A DNA stretch of 63,143 bases, filler included, from Perkinsus chesapeaki ATCC PRA-425 (taxonomy: Eukaryota; Protista; Perkinsozoa), in the NCBI GenBank assembly GCA_013115145.1. It is 6 parts of 6 records of this genome, joined end to end, with 100 filler letters (N's around TTAATTAATTAA, not from the genome) between each part and the next. Parts side by side here need not be neighbours in the genome. Positions count along the whole stretch, not along the records: positions 11,114 to 16,958 come from JAAPAO010001127.1; positions 17,059 to 31,945 come from JAAPAO010000740.1; 4 more parts are not named here. One strand, written 5' to 3'. Shown piece by piece: positions 11,114-22,322 of this stretch (the stretch's first letter is position 1; each line of letters starts with the position of its first letter). The notes under the pieces were generated by a model, which did not search any database, had not been told where the DNA came from, and saw only the letters and a list, made by a program, of their open reading frames with translations. Made by a program: the position numbers and the translations under genes.

Positions 11114-13837
11114 AGAAGGCCGCAACTGGATATAACAGAGACAGGTGAGACAGAGCAGCAGGGATAGGACGAATCCTTCTATTGCTCCCGGTGGGGCATG
11201 GAAGGAATTTCTGGGCGTAATAGCTTTTGTATACAGGATAATAGTCGCTGTAGATTCGCCTTCATATTGTAAATATTTGACCGTTATGACTAACTACAAA
11301 CTACATACCTTTTTCATGCCATGATATGAGCCTGCACGAGTAGATTCGGGAGGATTTGGGCCTACGGTTGCTCGCAATCGACGACGAAGTCTTCTGTCCA
11401 GACTGGTGGCAACCCTCTCAGATTCCGAGATCTCCGCAATGAGCTGGGACGCTTTGAGACGCACCTAGAGCGGCTTATTGACGACAAGCAGCGGTTGTAC
11501 ACTGAGGTTCGCGGTAGAGTCGAGTTCCAGTATGACGCCCCTGGAGGCTTCGACAGGTGACCGTCACTTCACCTCGTGACTTTTCATCCGATGGCAGGTC
11601 GCGCGTGAAGGGTGTGTGCGCCAAACTATTCGACGTGAAGCCCGAGTTCACGCGTTACGCCAAGGCGCTCGAAGTTGCAGCAGGTAAGGTAGAGTGGTGT
11701 CTTTTGGGCCACGTTCGGCTGGGGAACGAGCTGTCACCGTAAAGTTGCAGCGCTGATTTCAGGTGGTAAACTTTACCATATCTGTGTGGACGATCCACAG
11801 ACGGCGAAGGTGCTGATGTCGGATCCTAATAGCAGAGTAAGCCGAACTTCCTGTACAGTGCGAACTGTCTCTCAGCAAATGCGAAGACGCCAACACTTCG
11901 TTCCTCTTTCTAAAGTGCAGACCCGCGTCCCAACTCCACAGCAGATTGCTGGAGCAAGTAGGCAGCGGCGCGGTCTTAGCGGTGACTCAGCGCATTTCAG
12001 AGAGCGCTGCGACTTCGGTTGGTGGGGAGTGCATGCCGGCATTGGATATCGTCGACTGTCCGAATTGCTATACAAAGGTTGTTGAGTAGGCCTAGCACCC
12101 GCTTACGGATCGGAATTCCTACTGTTCGTAGATACCTCTTTGGCTCCACTTTTATTTGCGATAATACAGATACAGGAAAGGCCGTCACGTTCCACCCACA
12201 GGTTGCCGCCGCGGCTCTTGTCGCGTTGAATTAGATTCCTCAGGTGAGAGCGAAGTCTGTGACACAAGACGGGGACACATACGACCCATCGGGCAGCTTA
12301 ACGGGAGGAAGTAGCTCGAATGGAAATGACTATACGATCCTGAGGACGCTATGTGTAAGCCTGGGTCGTTTTACAATGGCTAAATTGTTCTTAAATCAGG
12401 AACACTTCGCCCGCTGTAAAGAGGAGAGGGAGTTGAACGCTGAGATTGAAAAGCTGAATGTGGAGATCAGCCGCCACCAGAAGACTAAGGGCGTAAGTGA
12501 AAGATGACAACTTCATCAACTAAGGCATGCCCTGATACACTGTCCCTGTCTTTTGTAAGTCCGTAGCGTAGTGCCACTAAGGCTTATTAATTTCACATCG
12601 CGTGCGGCCGTTTGTAAATGTGACTGCGGTATCGTAATACGGAAGGGTACGGTGGACCGTGGAGTAAGCGTAAATCGAATTTTACGGTCCGTAAGCGTGA
12701 TTCTGTCCATCTATACTTACTGGGATCCTTTTATCTTACACACTATAATACTGCATAATTAATGCTCTGAGGATTTTCGCGGCTAGTGGGATTCATTATT
12801 TTTGCCAGGCTTGGGAGAACCTAGACCGCGAGCATCGAGACCTGGAGCTGGAATTGGGAAACGTTACGTGTCGAATCAGAAGTAGGTTGATCCTTGCATT
12901 GCCCGACTACTACTTTACAGGCCATCCCTACCACGCCCTCCATCAAGAGATTGAAGAGCTGAACAGTCAAATCGATGAGCATGAGAAATCCATCGGAGAG
13001 CTCGAGGTGGGATAGCAAACCATCGTTACTGCTCCCCTGTCGGCTCCTCTAATTGGTGTAACAATGGCTCCCTACAGTGACTATGTTGATTTTAGCCCGA
13101 GAAGGAGCGTCTAGCGGCGGAGGTGAGTAGATTGCAAGAAGAAGTCGCCAGCCTTGGTGGGAATCAAGAGGAGCAAATTAAGGTGGAAAAGCGCCGTCAA
13201 AGCGCTCTTATCGAGGAGGCGGGCCGCCGACAAGCGCAGCTGCTCCGCTCTAGTCTCCGGTCATTCGTACAATTCACGCTGTCAGAAACTTAAAGATGAG
13301 ATTGAAAGAGTGAAAGCTCAAGAGAACAGGTTGCGGGAGCAACAAGAGGCGCAATCAGCGAAGGTCGGCGATATGGAGATTGAGAAAGAATCGATTGAAC
13401 GGGTGAGATGGTATCAGAAATCCACTAAAGTGCCTTGAACCGACAGGATGTAGAGGCACTAGAAGCAAGCATGTCCGGGCAGACGCTAGATGAGCTGAAA
13501 GGAGAGCTTGAAGGTCTCGAGGTTAGCCTTTGGTCGTGTATGGCGGTAGTAGCAGCGGCGACTTAGGCGGCCCACCAACGCAGTAAAGATAAACATCAAT
13601 CGATCGAAGACAAGTTAGCGGGTATGAATCAGAGTAGACAGGTAAGCTGCTGTTGAGTAGTAGTGTTGGACATTATCCTTTGGTTGCAGGCTGTACAAGA
13701 TGATATCGATGCTCTTGAGAACAAGCTCGTGGAATCGAAAGAGGCTAAAGCATCTGCTGAATCCGAGGTCGGAAGGATTCACCTGCATCGTTTCAATTGA
13801 ATACACTTTCGGTATGCAGCTCGCCGGCAGCCTAGAA
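11114..13837 (+). CDS. SMC2: Condensin subunit SMC2, partial (hinge and coiled coil), multi-exon, truncated at 13838
   Basis: Exons spell the SMC hinge: EFQYDAPGGFDRSRVKGVCAKLFDV..ALEVAAGGKLYHICVDD..FVPLSKV..VVEYLFGSTFICD..AKSVTQDGDTYDPSGSLTGGS, followed by coiled-coil exons. Confidence 0.9.
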
Positions 13838-16800
13838 TGATATCATATTTCGTTTCCTTTGTAAATTGGGGGTAGTGGGTGACCGAATCAGTCAAGTGTG
13901 TCTCTGTTGCGAGCGCACAAAGGTATTTTTGGGCGTGCGCTTTTGATAAGCTGTGCAAGCTAGCTCTAGCATTGATCTGAGATAAGTAAATCTAAAATAA
14001 AGTTAATATATAAGTATTTTACGTGTTTCACGTATTATACGTTACGTATATCCAACTATAAGTTAGTAGCACCCCCTCTATTACAATACCCAAGGCTAGG
14101 TGGGTATTATTATTTATTGGTATTAATCACTAATATCCTTGGTTGCGTTATTCTATAAAGTGTTATGAGCAATTCCTTAAGAAGTATCGATGACATTGAG
14201 CAAGAAGTCACTAACGGCTCCCAACAAATGGTAGCAGCTCCTTGTTGGAGCCATATGTTATTGGCTAATCTTGGGAGGACTAATCTTGAGGCTATTATTA
14301 CTATTCGGAATATCCCAAATCCGGGTGGGTCGATTCAAGAGATGGCTAATTATATCTATGAGGATAACTGTAAAGTGTTATCTTCGGTAGAGAAGGATCT
14401 CTTTATGAATGTGTATCGCACTGTTTATGGGAAACCTTATGGTGAAGAGTCTCTTGCTAAGTCTTCGGGATTGCAGGCTTCTTCTAATGAATCCGACAAG
14501 GCTGATAAGGAATCGTCTTATGAAGTATTTAAGGAGGATTCCCCCCTAGCAGGGAAAACCTTTGGAATTGGTAATACTGCTGGAAAGGGTGGTTCTTTGG
14601 ATGATTTGACCCACAAAAGCTTTGATGATGTTAAGGCTGGCGAAATTATTTCTGGTTCTATGAGTTCTGGTGATGTTCAAAAGCTTACTGAGTTTATGGC
14701 TAATGAGTTTCAAAGGCTCAGACAAGAATATAGTACTGTCAGACAAGAGCATAGTACTGCTTATTCGTCGATTTTAGACGTGGTGGGTAGGAATAAAGAA
14801 CTTGGTGATATACAATATGCCCGGTTACGTAAGGATTTATATGGTATCTCGGGTATGCTTGAAGAGAGGGTTAATACCTCGACTGAGAACTTTAATGCTC
14901 AGCTAGAGGAATTGAAGTCTGCTACTAATGATAATTTTAATGCTATTCAAGCTTGTATGGAGTCCCAGGAGCGCCAAAATGGTGAAGTTGCTTCGAAGCT
15001 ACAAAGCCAGGTTGATGGGTTGAATCTCAAATTATCTGATGATTGTCTAAGAGAACCCATCAAGAAGGCGGCTCAAGGTCCCCAAAGGTTTGATTTAAGT
15101 CCTGGTCATAATGGAGATCAGTCTGCTAATATCGTTGATAATAATATTAGAGATTTGGATGGTCCTTATGATAGGCATGTTACGCTGAGGAAGCGTAGTG
15201 GTTCTGCTACTAGCGTGTATTCTAGTGGAGAGCTGAATGGCCGCAATGCTTATGTGAGTGGTTGTGGTCAAGGTCTTTCTCGAAGTGGTAACACTCCGAA
15301 ATGTGGTCTGTTGCTACAAGGTCAAGAGAGTCCGACGTTTTGTTCAAATCCTAAGACTTCTGGCGGTGGGTCTACGACAGCCGGAGAAGCTAGGCGTAGG
15401 TTGGTGCAGAGTAATGCTTATAACTCGTCTAGTCCCACTTTGAATGTGGGTAGCTCCCGAACGGTGCCCAGTAATTTGTGTGCCCCTAGTAAGGAACGAG
15501 TTGGCTTGGTTGAGGATGTTGATGAACATCGAGAGCGAGCTAGAGTTTCTGCCTCCTACGATGGTAGGCCGAACCACAGTGGTAATTTGACCACTGCTGG
15601 GACCTACACCCGAAATGTGGTATTTGCGAATGCACATCCACAATTTGTGAGCCATTCTGAGGAACCTTTGGGTGGAACCTTTTCTAATGGTGATAAGACT
15701 CCACTTCTTAGGCAGCCTGATGGCAATTTTAAGAGAGTTTCTATCAGTGATAATGACTCTGTCAACTCAAATTCACTGAGTCAGATGGAGTCAGTATTCT
15801 CTGAGAGTCTGAGAAACATCGCTCCGACTAATGCTAAGAAAGCCCAAATTCGTAAGAATATGGGTTATCGGATGCCAAGAAATGGATACCTTAAGTCCTT
15901 TTGGCTACTTCCTCCTCAATGGCAGAAGGAGAGGCCTGATGGTTTACCTATGACTTCTGATGATGGTGCTATTAGTGAAGCTCATTTGGAATTTGTTAAA
16001 CATCGAGTAACTCAAGCATCTGAGAAGTTGGTAGGCCAGATTAAGAAGTTGCAAGGTGGTCCATATCAAGGAGCGGGTGATGTTAGATCCTGGCATGATG
16101 TTGAACGTGAGATTGTTGATAATCTCAATCGTTCATCTTTGGTAATTGCCAGAATTCATTTATTGTACCTCACTGACTGTGTGAGTCCTAATATTAGCCA
16201 AAAGATCAGGCGAAGACTTGGTACTGATTCCTGGTTTGACGCTAATCCGGTTGATCTATTATTGGCTATGTGGAACACACTGGACGAATTGTTCCGCTCT
16301 GAGTCTACCCCTGAGGCTCAATGTGATCATATGCAGAACATCAAGAAGTCCAGCAGTGAGACATTGCCTCAGTTTATGTACAAGCTGCAGAACTTGTTTA
16401 CTAGTGTCGAGATTGAGACTGGTCAAGATCTGGTAGATAGTACTAAACTGACACGGTTACGTGGAGCTTTACCTAAGGTAGATGTGCAGTTCTTACGTGA
16501 GAAGTTTCCGACAAACCTTACTTATGACCAATTGGTAACTAGAATAAATGAGTATTTCTCTAACAATATGGATCGTGAGGTTTATGATAGGTTTGTGAAA
16601 CAATATAAGTTGTTGAATGCGCCTGATAATATTGATGGTTATGTTCATAATGATTTGAAGACTGTTGAAACTGATATGACTAGTGGTACTCAACTTTATC
16701 CCCCTCAAGCTAGTAATTCCCCTAAGAAAGGAAAGAAGGTCAAGAAGGGTAACAGAAACTTCACTACTAATGAAGCTAAAGTAGAGTTGACCGGTAGCTG

Positions 16801-16958
16801 TAAAAGGTGTAACGCTAATAACCATACTGCTGAGAATTGTCCTTCGGAGAATTTAGAAGCCCTTCGAGGTCGTTGTTATATACTGTAGAGCTAATCAGTG
16901 CCCAAAGGACAAGACCAAGCTGGTATGTAAGCGCTGCTTACTCGGAGGCCATGTTACT
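13838..16958 (+). mobile_element. LTR retrotransposon, 5' part (putative LTR/leader plus gag), cut by the contig end
   Basis: Abrupt switch at TGATATCA from the SMC2 exon to an AT-rich leader containing TATATAA and AATAAA, then a long intronless gag-like ORF with T-ending codon bias. LTR end and PBS not resolved. Confidence 0.75.
14165..16958 (+). CDS. Gag-like polyprotein (at least 907 aa) with capsid-like region and CCHC zinc knuckles
   Basis: Capsid-like segment (KKSSSETLPQFMYKLQNLF..KLTRLRGALP) and CX2CX4HX4C knuckle CKRCNANNHTAENC. A shifted frame near 16875 continues YCRANQC..CKRCLLGGHVT up to the gap. Confidence 0.8.
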
Positions 16959-17058
16959 NNNNNNNNNNNNNNNNNNNNNNNNNNNNNNNNNNNNNNNNNN
17001 NNTTAATTAATTAANNNNNNNNNNNNNNNNNNNNNNNNNNNNNNNNNNNNNNNNNNNN
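16959..17058. other. Assembly spacer with six-frame-stop linker
   Basis: N-run with TTAATTAATTAA at 17003-17014. Confidence 0.97.
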
Positions 17059-17161
17059 GGATTTTCGTTTGAACCTATTCCACATACTGAGTTAAATTTT
17101 CGGGGCACTTTGAATTTTGGCCACACCGTGCAGGCGTATTTAGAAGTTAACTCATCGCGAC

Positions 17162-19410
17162 ATGATACGTCCACCGGTGGGTCGTCCGAGGCCGCTGGTG
17201 GCCAATTCGTCGACAGCAGGGAGGATGCCACCGCAGACTGAACTGAACAGGAAAAAGAGGCGATCGTCCGAAGGATCGAATTCTGTGGCGAGTGACGGAT
17301 ACACCAGCAGCGGCACGTCTGGCCGAAGGACACTTACACCAGTACCAGGACCGATTCTGAGCAGTCCTAGAGTTCGAACTATGACTGGGATGGTTAGTCC
17401 GCGTGGAGGAAATGTCAGAGAGAGCAAAATTGCAAGTCAAGGAAAGGGTAAAGGCAGAAGAGTCGCAGCCAAGTCGGCAGCAGTGCGGCCAAAAAGGGCT
17501 GCCACTTCCGTAACTCCGAAGGGTCCGTCTGAGTCTCGGGGCCGTGAGATTCAGAGTCCGAGCGAGCCGCGACAACCGTTCCGAGTTCGGACGGCAGCCA
17601 GAGGCAGGACACCGTCGAGTACTAGGAAACCTGCTGGGAAAATTGACGTCTCGAGAAGAGATGACTCTACTGGCGTTGTGGACGCAACCGTGAAGGTTGA
17701 TAATATGGAAGCTGAGAGTTCCGGTGAGACGGCGAGGAAACCAGTCGCTGCGCTCGAGCTGGGTGAACTGAGTCCGGTTGTGGCTGCACAGGAAGACAGA
17801 TGGCAACGTCGAGTGGAGGACCTGACGGTGGGCAAATCGCTGGTGCGCTGGTGATAGCTCTGGGTAGGTGCTTTTGGAGCAGAGGACAGAGGAGGTGGGG
17901 AATTTGCAGAGGGAACTGGATAGGGAGAAGGAGGTGAATGCTGAGAGATGGAAAGAGATGGCTGTGTTGAAGGGTGAAGTGGAAAGCAGCAAGAGTGCGT
18001 TACGAAATGTTACCAGTAAGACATGACAGCGCCACCGGTTGATTCTTCCTAAGCCGTATAATGGAGGGATTCGTACTTCCTACTCATACTGTTAGCTAAG
18101 CAAGGGAGCCGAGAATAAAGTTTATCGAACTTAGAAGTATTCTTGAGATACTATTTTACTCACGGGTGGAATTCTTCGGCGCTGAGTCGGGAACAATGTC
18201 CGCGGTGAGCTGATTGAACTTTCTTATACAATCAAAGTCACTGAATTCGACTCTGAAGTCAGTCTTGTATCGAGGATTTTTTCATGGGAATACGAAACTT
18301 TCACAAATTTGCGCGCTTTTTGCAATGATAAAACAGGATACTATTTTCGCTGCAAGCCTATAGGCTCCAAGGAAGCAAATAGTAGTTAAGGTATTGTAGA
18401 TCGGTGATTCCCACAAGGAAGTAGGCCATTGGGCAATCATCTCTCTAGCTCATACGTTGGCTCAGCTGCACCACAAAGATTTTTTATGAAATAGTATTTC
18501 AGAAATAAGCTTCCGTTAAAAAATGAGTGTGTTGAAGACGTAAGATACTTCGAGTAACTACCATTTGTATCACTTTCTAACAGTAAGCTTAGATAACTCT
18601 GCGCCTCAGTTGGGTTGACACGAATTTGCCTCGCCTGAAGGGCTTGATGAGTTTTTTTGTAGGCAGTTTAAAGAACCAAGTTCGAGCAAGAGAAGTCAGG
18701 CTCCATGGGGTCATGGAGGAACTGGACGCTAAGAAAAATGAAGTAGACCGGCTCGTTGCCGAGCTGGAAGAGACAAAGCAGCAAGTTATACATCAACAGG
18801 AGCGGCAGAACCAGTTCGTTGCGAATGAAAGTAAGAAGTTGACCGAAGCAAAGGAAAGTGCAACTGCCAAGGGGCTAGAGCTGACAAAATCGCGGAAAAA
18901 CTTGAGCGAAGCGAATCAGAGCGACGCAAGGAGGTGCAGGAGTTACATAGTTATTATCAGCAAGCAGTAGGCAGATGGGGTGGTTTGACATGATGGATGG
19001 TTGAAGTGTAGCTCCACGACCTGAAGGCGCAGAATGTCGCGCACGAAGCGACCATAAGGCAGCTTGATCAGAGCCTAATGGAGATAAAAAGTTTATTATT
19101 AGCGAAAGAGACAAGTGGCAATCCTCTCAGCTTCGACGATTCACGCTGTGGTACGTACAGTGGCTCGCCGTTGGTGGTGAAAGAATCCTGTTCAGGAAAG
19201 CCCTCCGATACATACGACAGTCCAGAGCCATCTTGCATGCCAGAGGTGCAAGGGGCCAACCGGGATGAAAGCCCAGCTACGAGGAGACGGAGAAGCAGCG
19301 TGAAGGAGAGGATCAGGGAGTTGGAGGCTCTAAGCGCAGGGAAGAAGGCTACAATGGAAAACGAGCTTCCAAAGTGTGTGCAACCTATCTCGGTGGGCTT
19401 GATCACTTAA
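17162..19410 (+). CDS. Multi-exon hypothetical protein with a basic disordered N-terminus and coiled coil
   Basis: ORF 17162-17827 splices (GT 17828 to AG near 17870) into VLLEQRTEEVGNLQRELDREKE. Further coiled-coil exons lie at about 18663-18930 and in 19078-19410. Confidence 0.65.
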
Positions 19411-20789
19411 GGCACGAAATTTGCGAGCCGCTAGAGTAGGCAAGGTGCCTACAGGCTTTGCCAAAGCCGCTCTGGGGTCTGGATGGTTCGAAGGTCGTAT
19501 CACGATTTATGCTTGGTCAGTTCCCGTTTTCTCCCTGGATTTCTCCAAAAATGTTTGCAGTTTAATGGTGACATATCGACACACACTTACTGTGCCGCTT
19601 AAGGCAGCTATTGGCAGTACAAGAATTGGTTGGAGATTTTACGATCATCGCATGGAACCTCGGCGCACCGGATGGCCGTATAGCACGTCCATTCAGAGAG
19701 CAAAAAAGAAACCCGAGAGGAATTCTGGGGGTCTACGGTATACCGTATACCTTCATGCTTTTTGCCTCTCGCAAGGAGTCCATGCCAAGGACACTAGACT
19801 CATCAAGGGCCAAGCCTTACCAGGTTGCTGACCATTTGGGGTTAGACCGAGGTAGAACTCAAACGAAGTGTCGAGACTGTCAGTTAAGCTAACAGTTATC
19901 TGTTTACAGCTCGGGAAGGCGAGTTGGCTTGGTTTTTAAGACAAAAATTCTGTCAATACGTCACCAATGTCGCGCAGTACGGTACCTCAAAGTGCATCCG
20001 TATTGGTGTGTTCGTAAGTTGATAACCCAAGTTGAGTCAACTTAGTTGACTCAGCTTGGGTTGTCAACTTCATATCGGAACTTTCAATGACAACGAAGCT
20101 TGTGAACAACTAACCAGACCAAAAATTGCACCGTCAGTGCAATTTTTGGTGCATCATTCCCTGAATGATGCCGCAGTAACTGCGGTATCATTTAACTGCG
20201 GCTAGGAGAAACTGTTGCTTCTAGCCGCTGCCCGTTGGGATGCACAGAACACGTAGACAAAGTAGTCTACGTATCTTACAGTCGTTGGGTCTTTCCGAAT
20301 ACCACAGGATTCGGAGCTGATGCGGAACTTCATCTTAAGGACGCCAGAGCGGATTTCACTGAACCTGCAGAAGCACTAGGGAAGGACAATAATACTTTCA
20401 GTTCATGAAACTGCTGGCACTGGCTTAGTATTCTACGCGTGCTAACCATGGCGAAGGCTGTGCAAAGTCTCATGTGCACCCACGTAAGCCTCTCATTATT
20501 AAGATTATAGTTAACTGCCCTATACGCGTAATTTTATTGTGGCAGTATTACAGCATGAAGGAGTCCTGTAGATACTCAAGTTAACATTCTCTCAAGTACC
20601 TCCTCCCCACTAAAGGGAATGAATAATTGACATTTCCAATTCTCGTGGTATCGATCTTTCGTTATTTCTCCATAAGCCAAACAGTTGCAAAAATCACACA
20701 TGGCTCTGCTAGTTCGCGCTTGACGCTTCTTTAATGGCAGCGTGGGTGGTCTACTATCATGGTAGTACCACGTGCGTCAAACTAAATTT

Positions 20790-21840
20790 TACAGTAAATT
20801 TACTTTCCCCGGCAACTAGTATTTCGCACCTCCGCCTGGCCTTTAGTTCAGCCTCGGCCACTGCACCCTGCTCGGCTGCATCGACGCCCATCGCTAAGGG
20901 TGCTGGCGACGACAGCGTTGAGGATGCTCCCTCCTCAGTAGAGGAGGCGAGCCTCGAGGATGTCCTATTGGATCAAGCTCATGAGTGTTTTAATGAAGCG
21001 GTGAGGATCGTTAGAGTGCATTGCAAGTCTTGCAATCGCTTTTGTCTACATTATGTTTGATATGAGCTTATATGCTGTAAAGCTTATGATATAGGCCCAT
21101 ACTGAATATGAATAAGCTATTTAATCGAACCATTACAAGTACTTACAGCTATAATCAAGTATAAATTGTCATATAAAGCGGGATGTATAGAAGGGTGAAT
21201 TAAGCCACACTAAGTGAACTGCCTTATTGCCATATTCTACTTGACTATTCTGTCAGTTGGATCTATGTAGTGAGGACAAGTTCACCTTGGCAATGGCAGT
21301 GCTGGAGCAGGCCCTCGGATACCTCACCAATGGAGGAAGTGAGGGACTATCGAATCATCTGGAACCGAATTTCCGGGTGGATTTAGGTCCAGACTTACGT
21401 AACGAGGACGCCAGAATGCTGCTCTCGGATATATACGGTCAACAAGGAGTATGCCAGCAGTCGCTGGGCAAAATCGATCACGCGATCGATTTCTATACCA
21501 GAGCGGTTGAAGTAGGAATACAACCAAACATTTTCTATCGCTCCTGTCCGTGACGCTTCATGGACTTGATTGAAGCCAAGCACTAGTCCGGTCAATTCTT
21601 TACCATGGCAGGTTGATCCCGAGGCCCATGCCTGCCATGCCAATCTGGCGGTCCTACTTTTGTCGAAGGTCACCAACCGAGGAAGTTCTGATGAGACGCG
21701 CTTGGTCAATTCAGCGCGGGAGCATCTCAAACAGGCCATCCTGCTAGACCCGACTAACACAGAGTGAAGTGTCAGTTGCTTTTGGGTAGCAGTTGTTTGT
21801 CAGATACGAAGATCTACGTCGATCTGTGGAGGCCGCGTAG
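20790..21840 (+). CDS. TPR-repeat protein, multi-exon; 5' end unresolved (about 20300-20790)
   Basis: IYGQQGVCQQSLGKIDHAIDFYTRAVE|VDPEAHACHANLAVLLL..AREHLKQAILLDPTN are TPR-type helices. Exons join by GT-AG to TAG at 21838-21840. Confidence 0.8.
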
Positions 21841-22322
21841 TCGGAAGCATTTTTGAAATTGTGCCGTTGTTATGTGCGTCTCTGGTATATTGCCACTTCA
21901 GTTCTCTGGCGATGTTGGTGTTGGTCAATCTTAAAGCAAATAGGCGCGAATAGCATTATCTTATTAGATTGAGCATACATTTTTATAACGGTAGACCTCA
22001 ATTATATAAAATGAGAAATATGTTACAGAACGCCGTTACGCTACCAGCGTAAGATTCAAATTATGTACATAGTGAAATTCACGTATCAGAAATGGCACAT
22101 TCTTTCATTTTTCAAAGCACTGAGTAAGAAGCTTGCGTAGTTCAAGATACTTAACGGTAGCCGATACTCGTATATTCCCTCAAGCTTCTTTTTGTTGGGC
22201 TTCGGTCGATACTTTTCCCTTCCGAAACCACTTCCGAGTGCTAAAGGTGTCACATTATGTGGCTTGCATACAGGCTGTAGATCTGGAGGGGTGGAGTTTG
22301 CCCTGGTAGTTTGACCATCCAA

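Noticed and set aside
17147-17992. 281-aa minus-strand ORF
   Set aside because: Antisense shadow of the + strand low-complexity gene.
19611-19892. FTIIAWNLG resembling an AP-endonuclease/EEP N-terminus
   Set aside because: Single motif with no downstream catalytic motifs.
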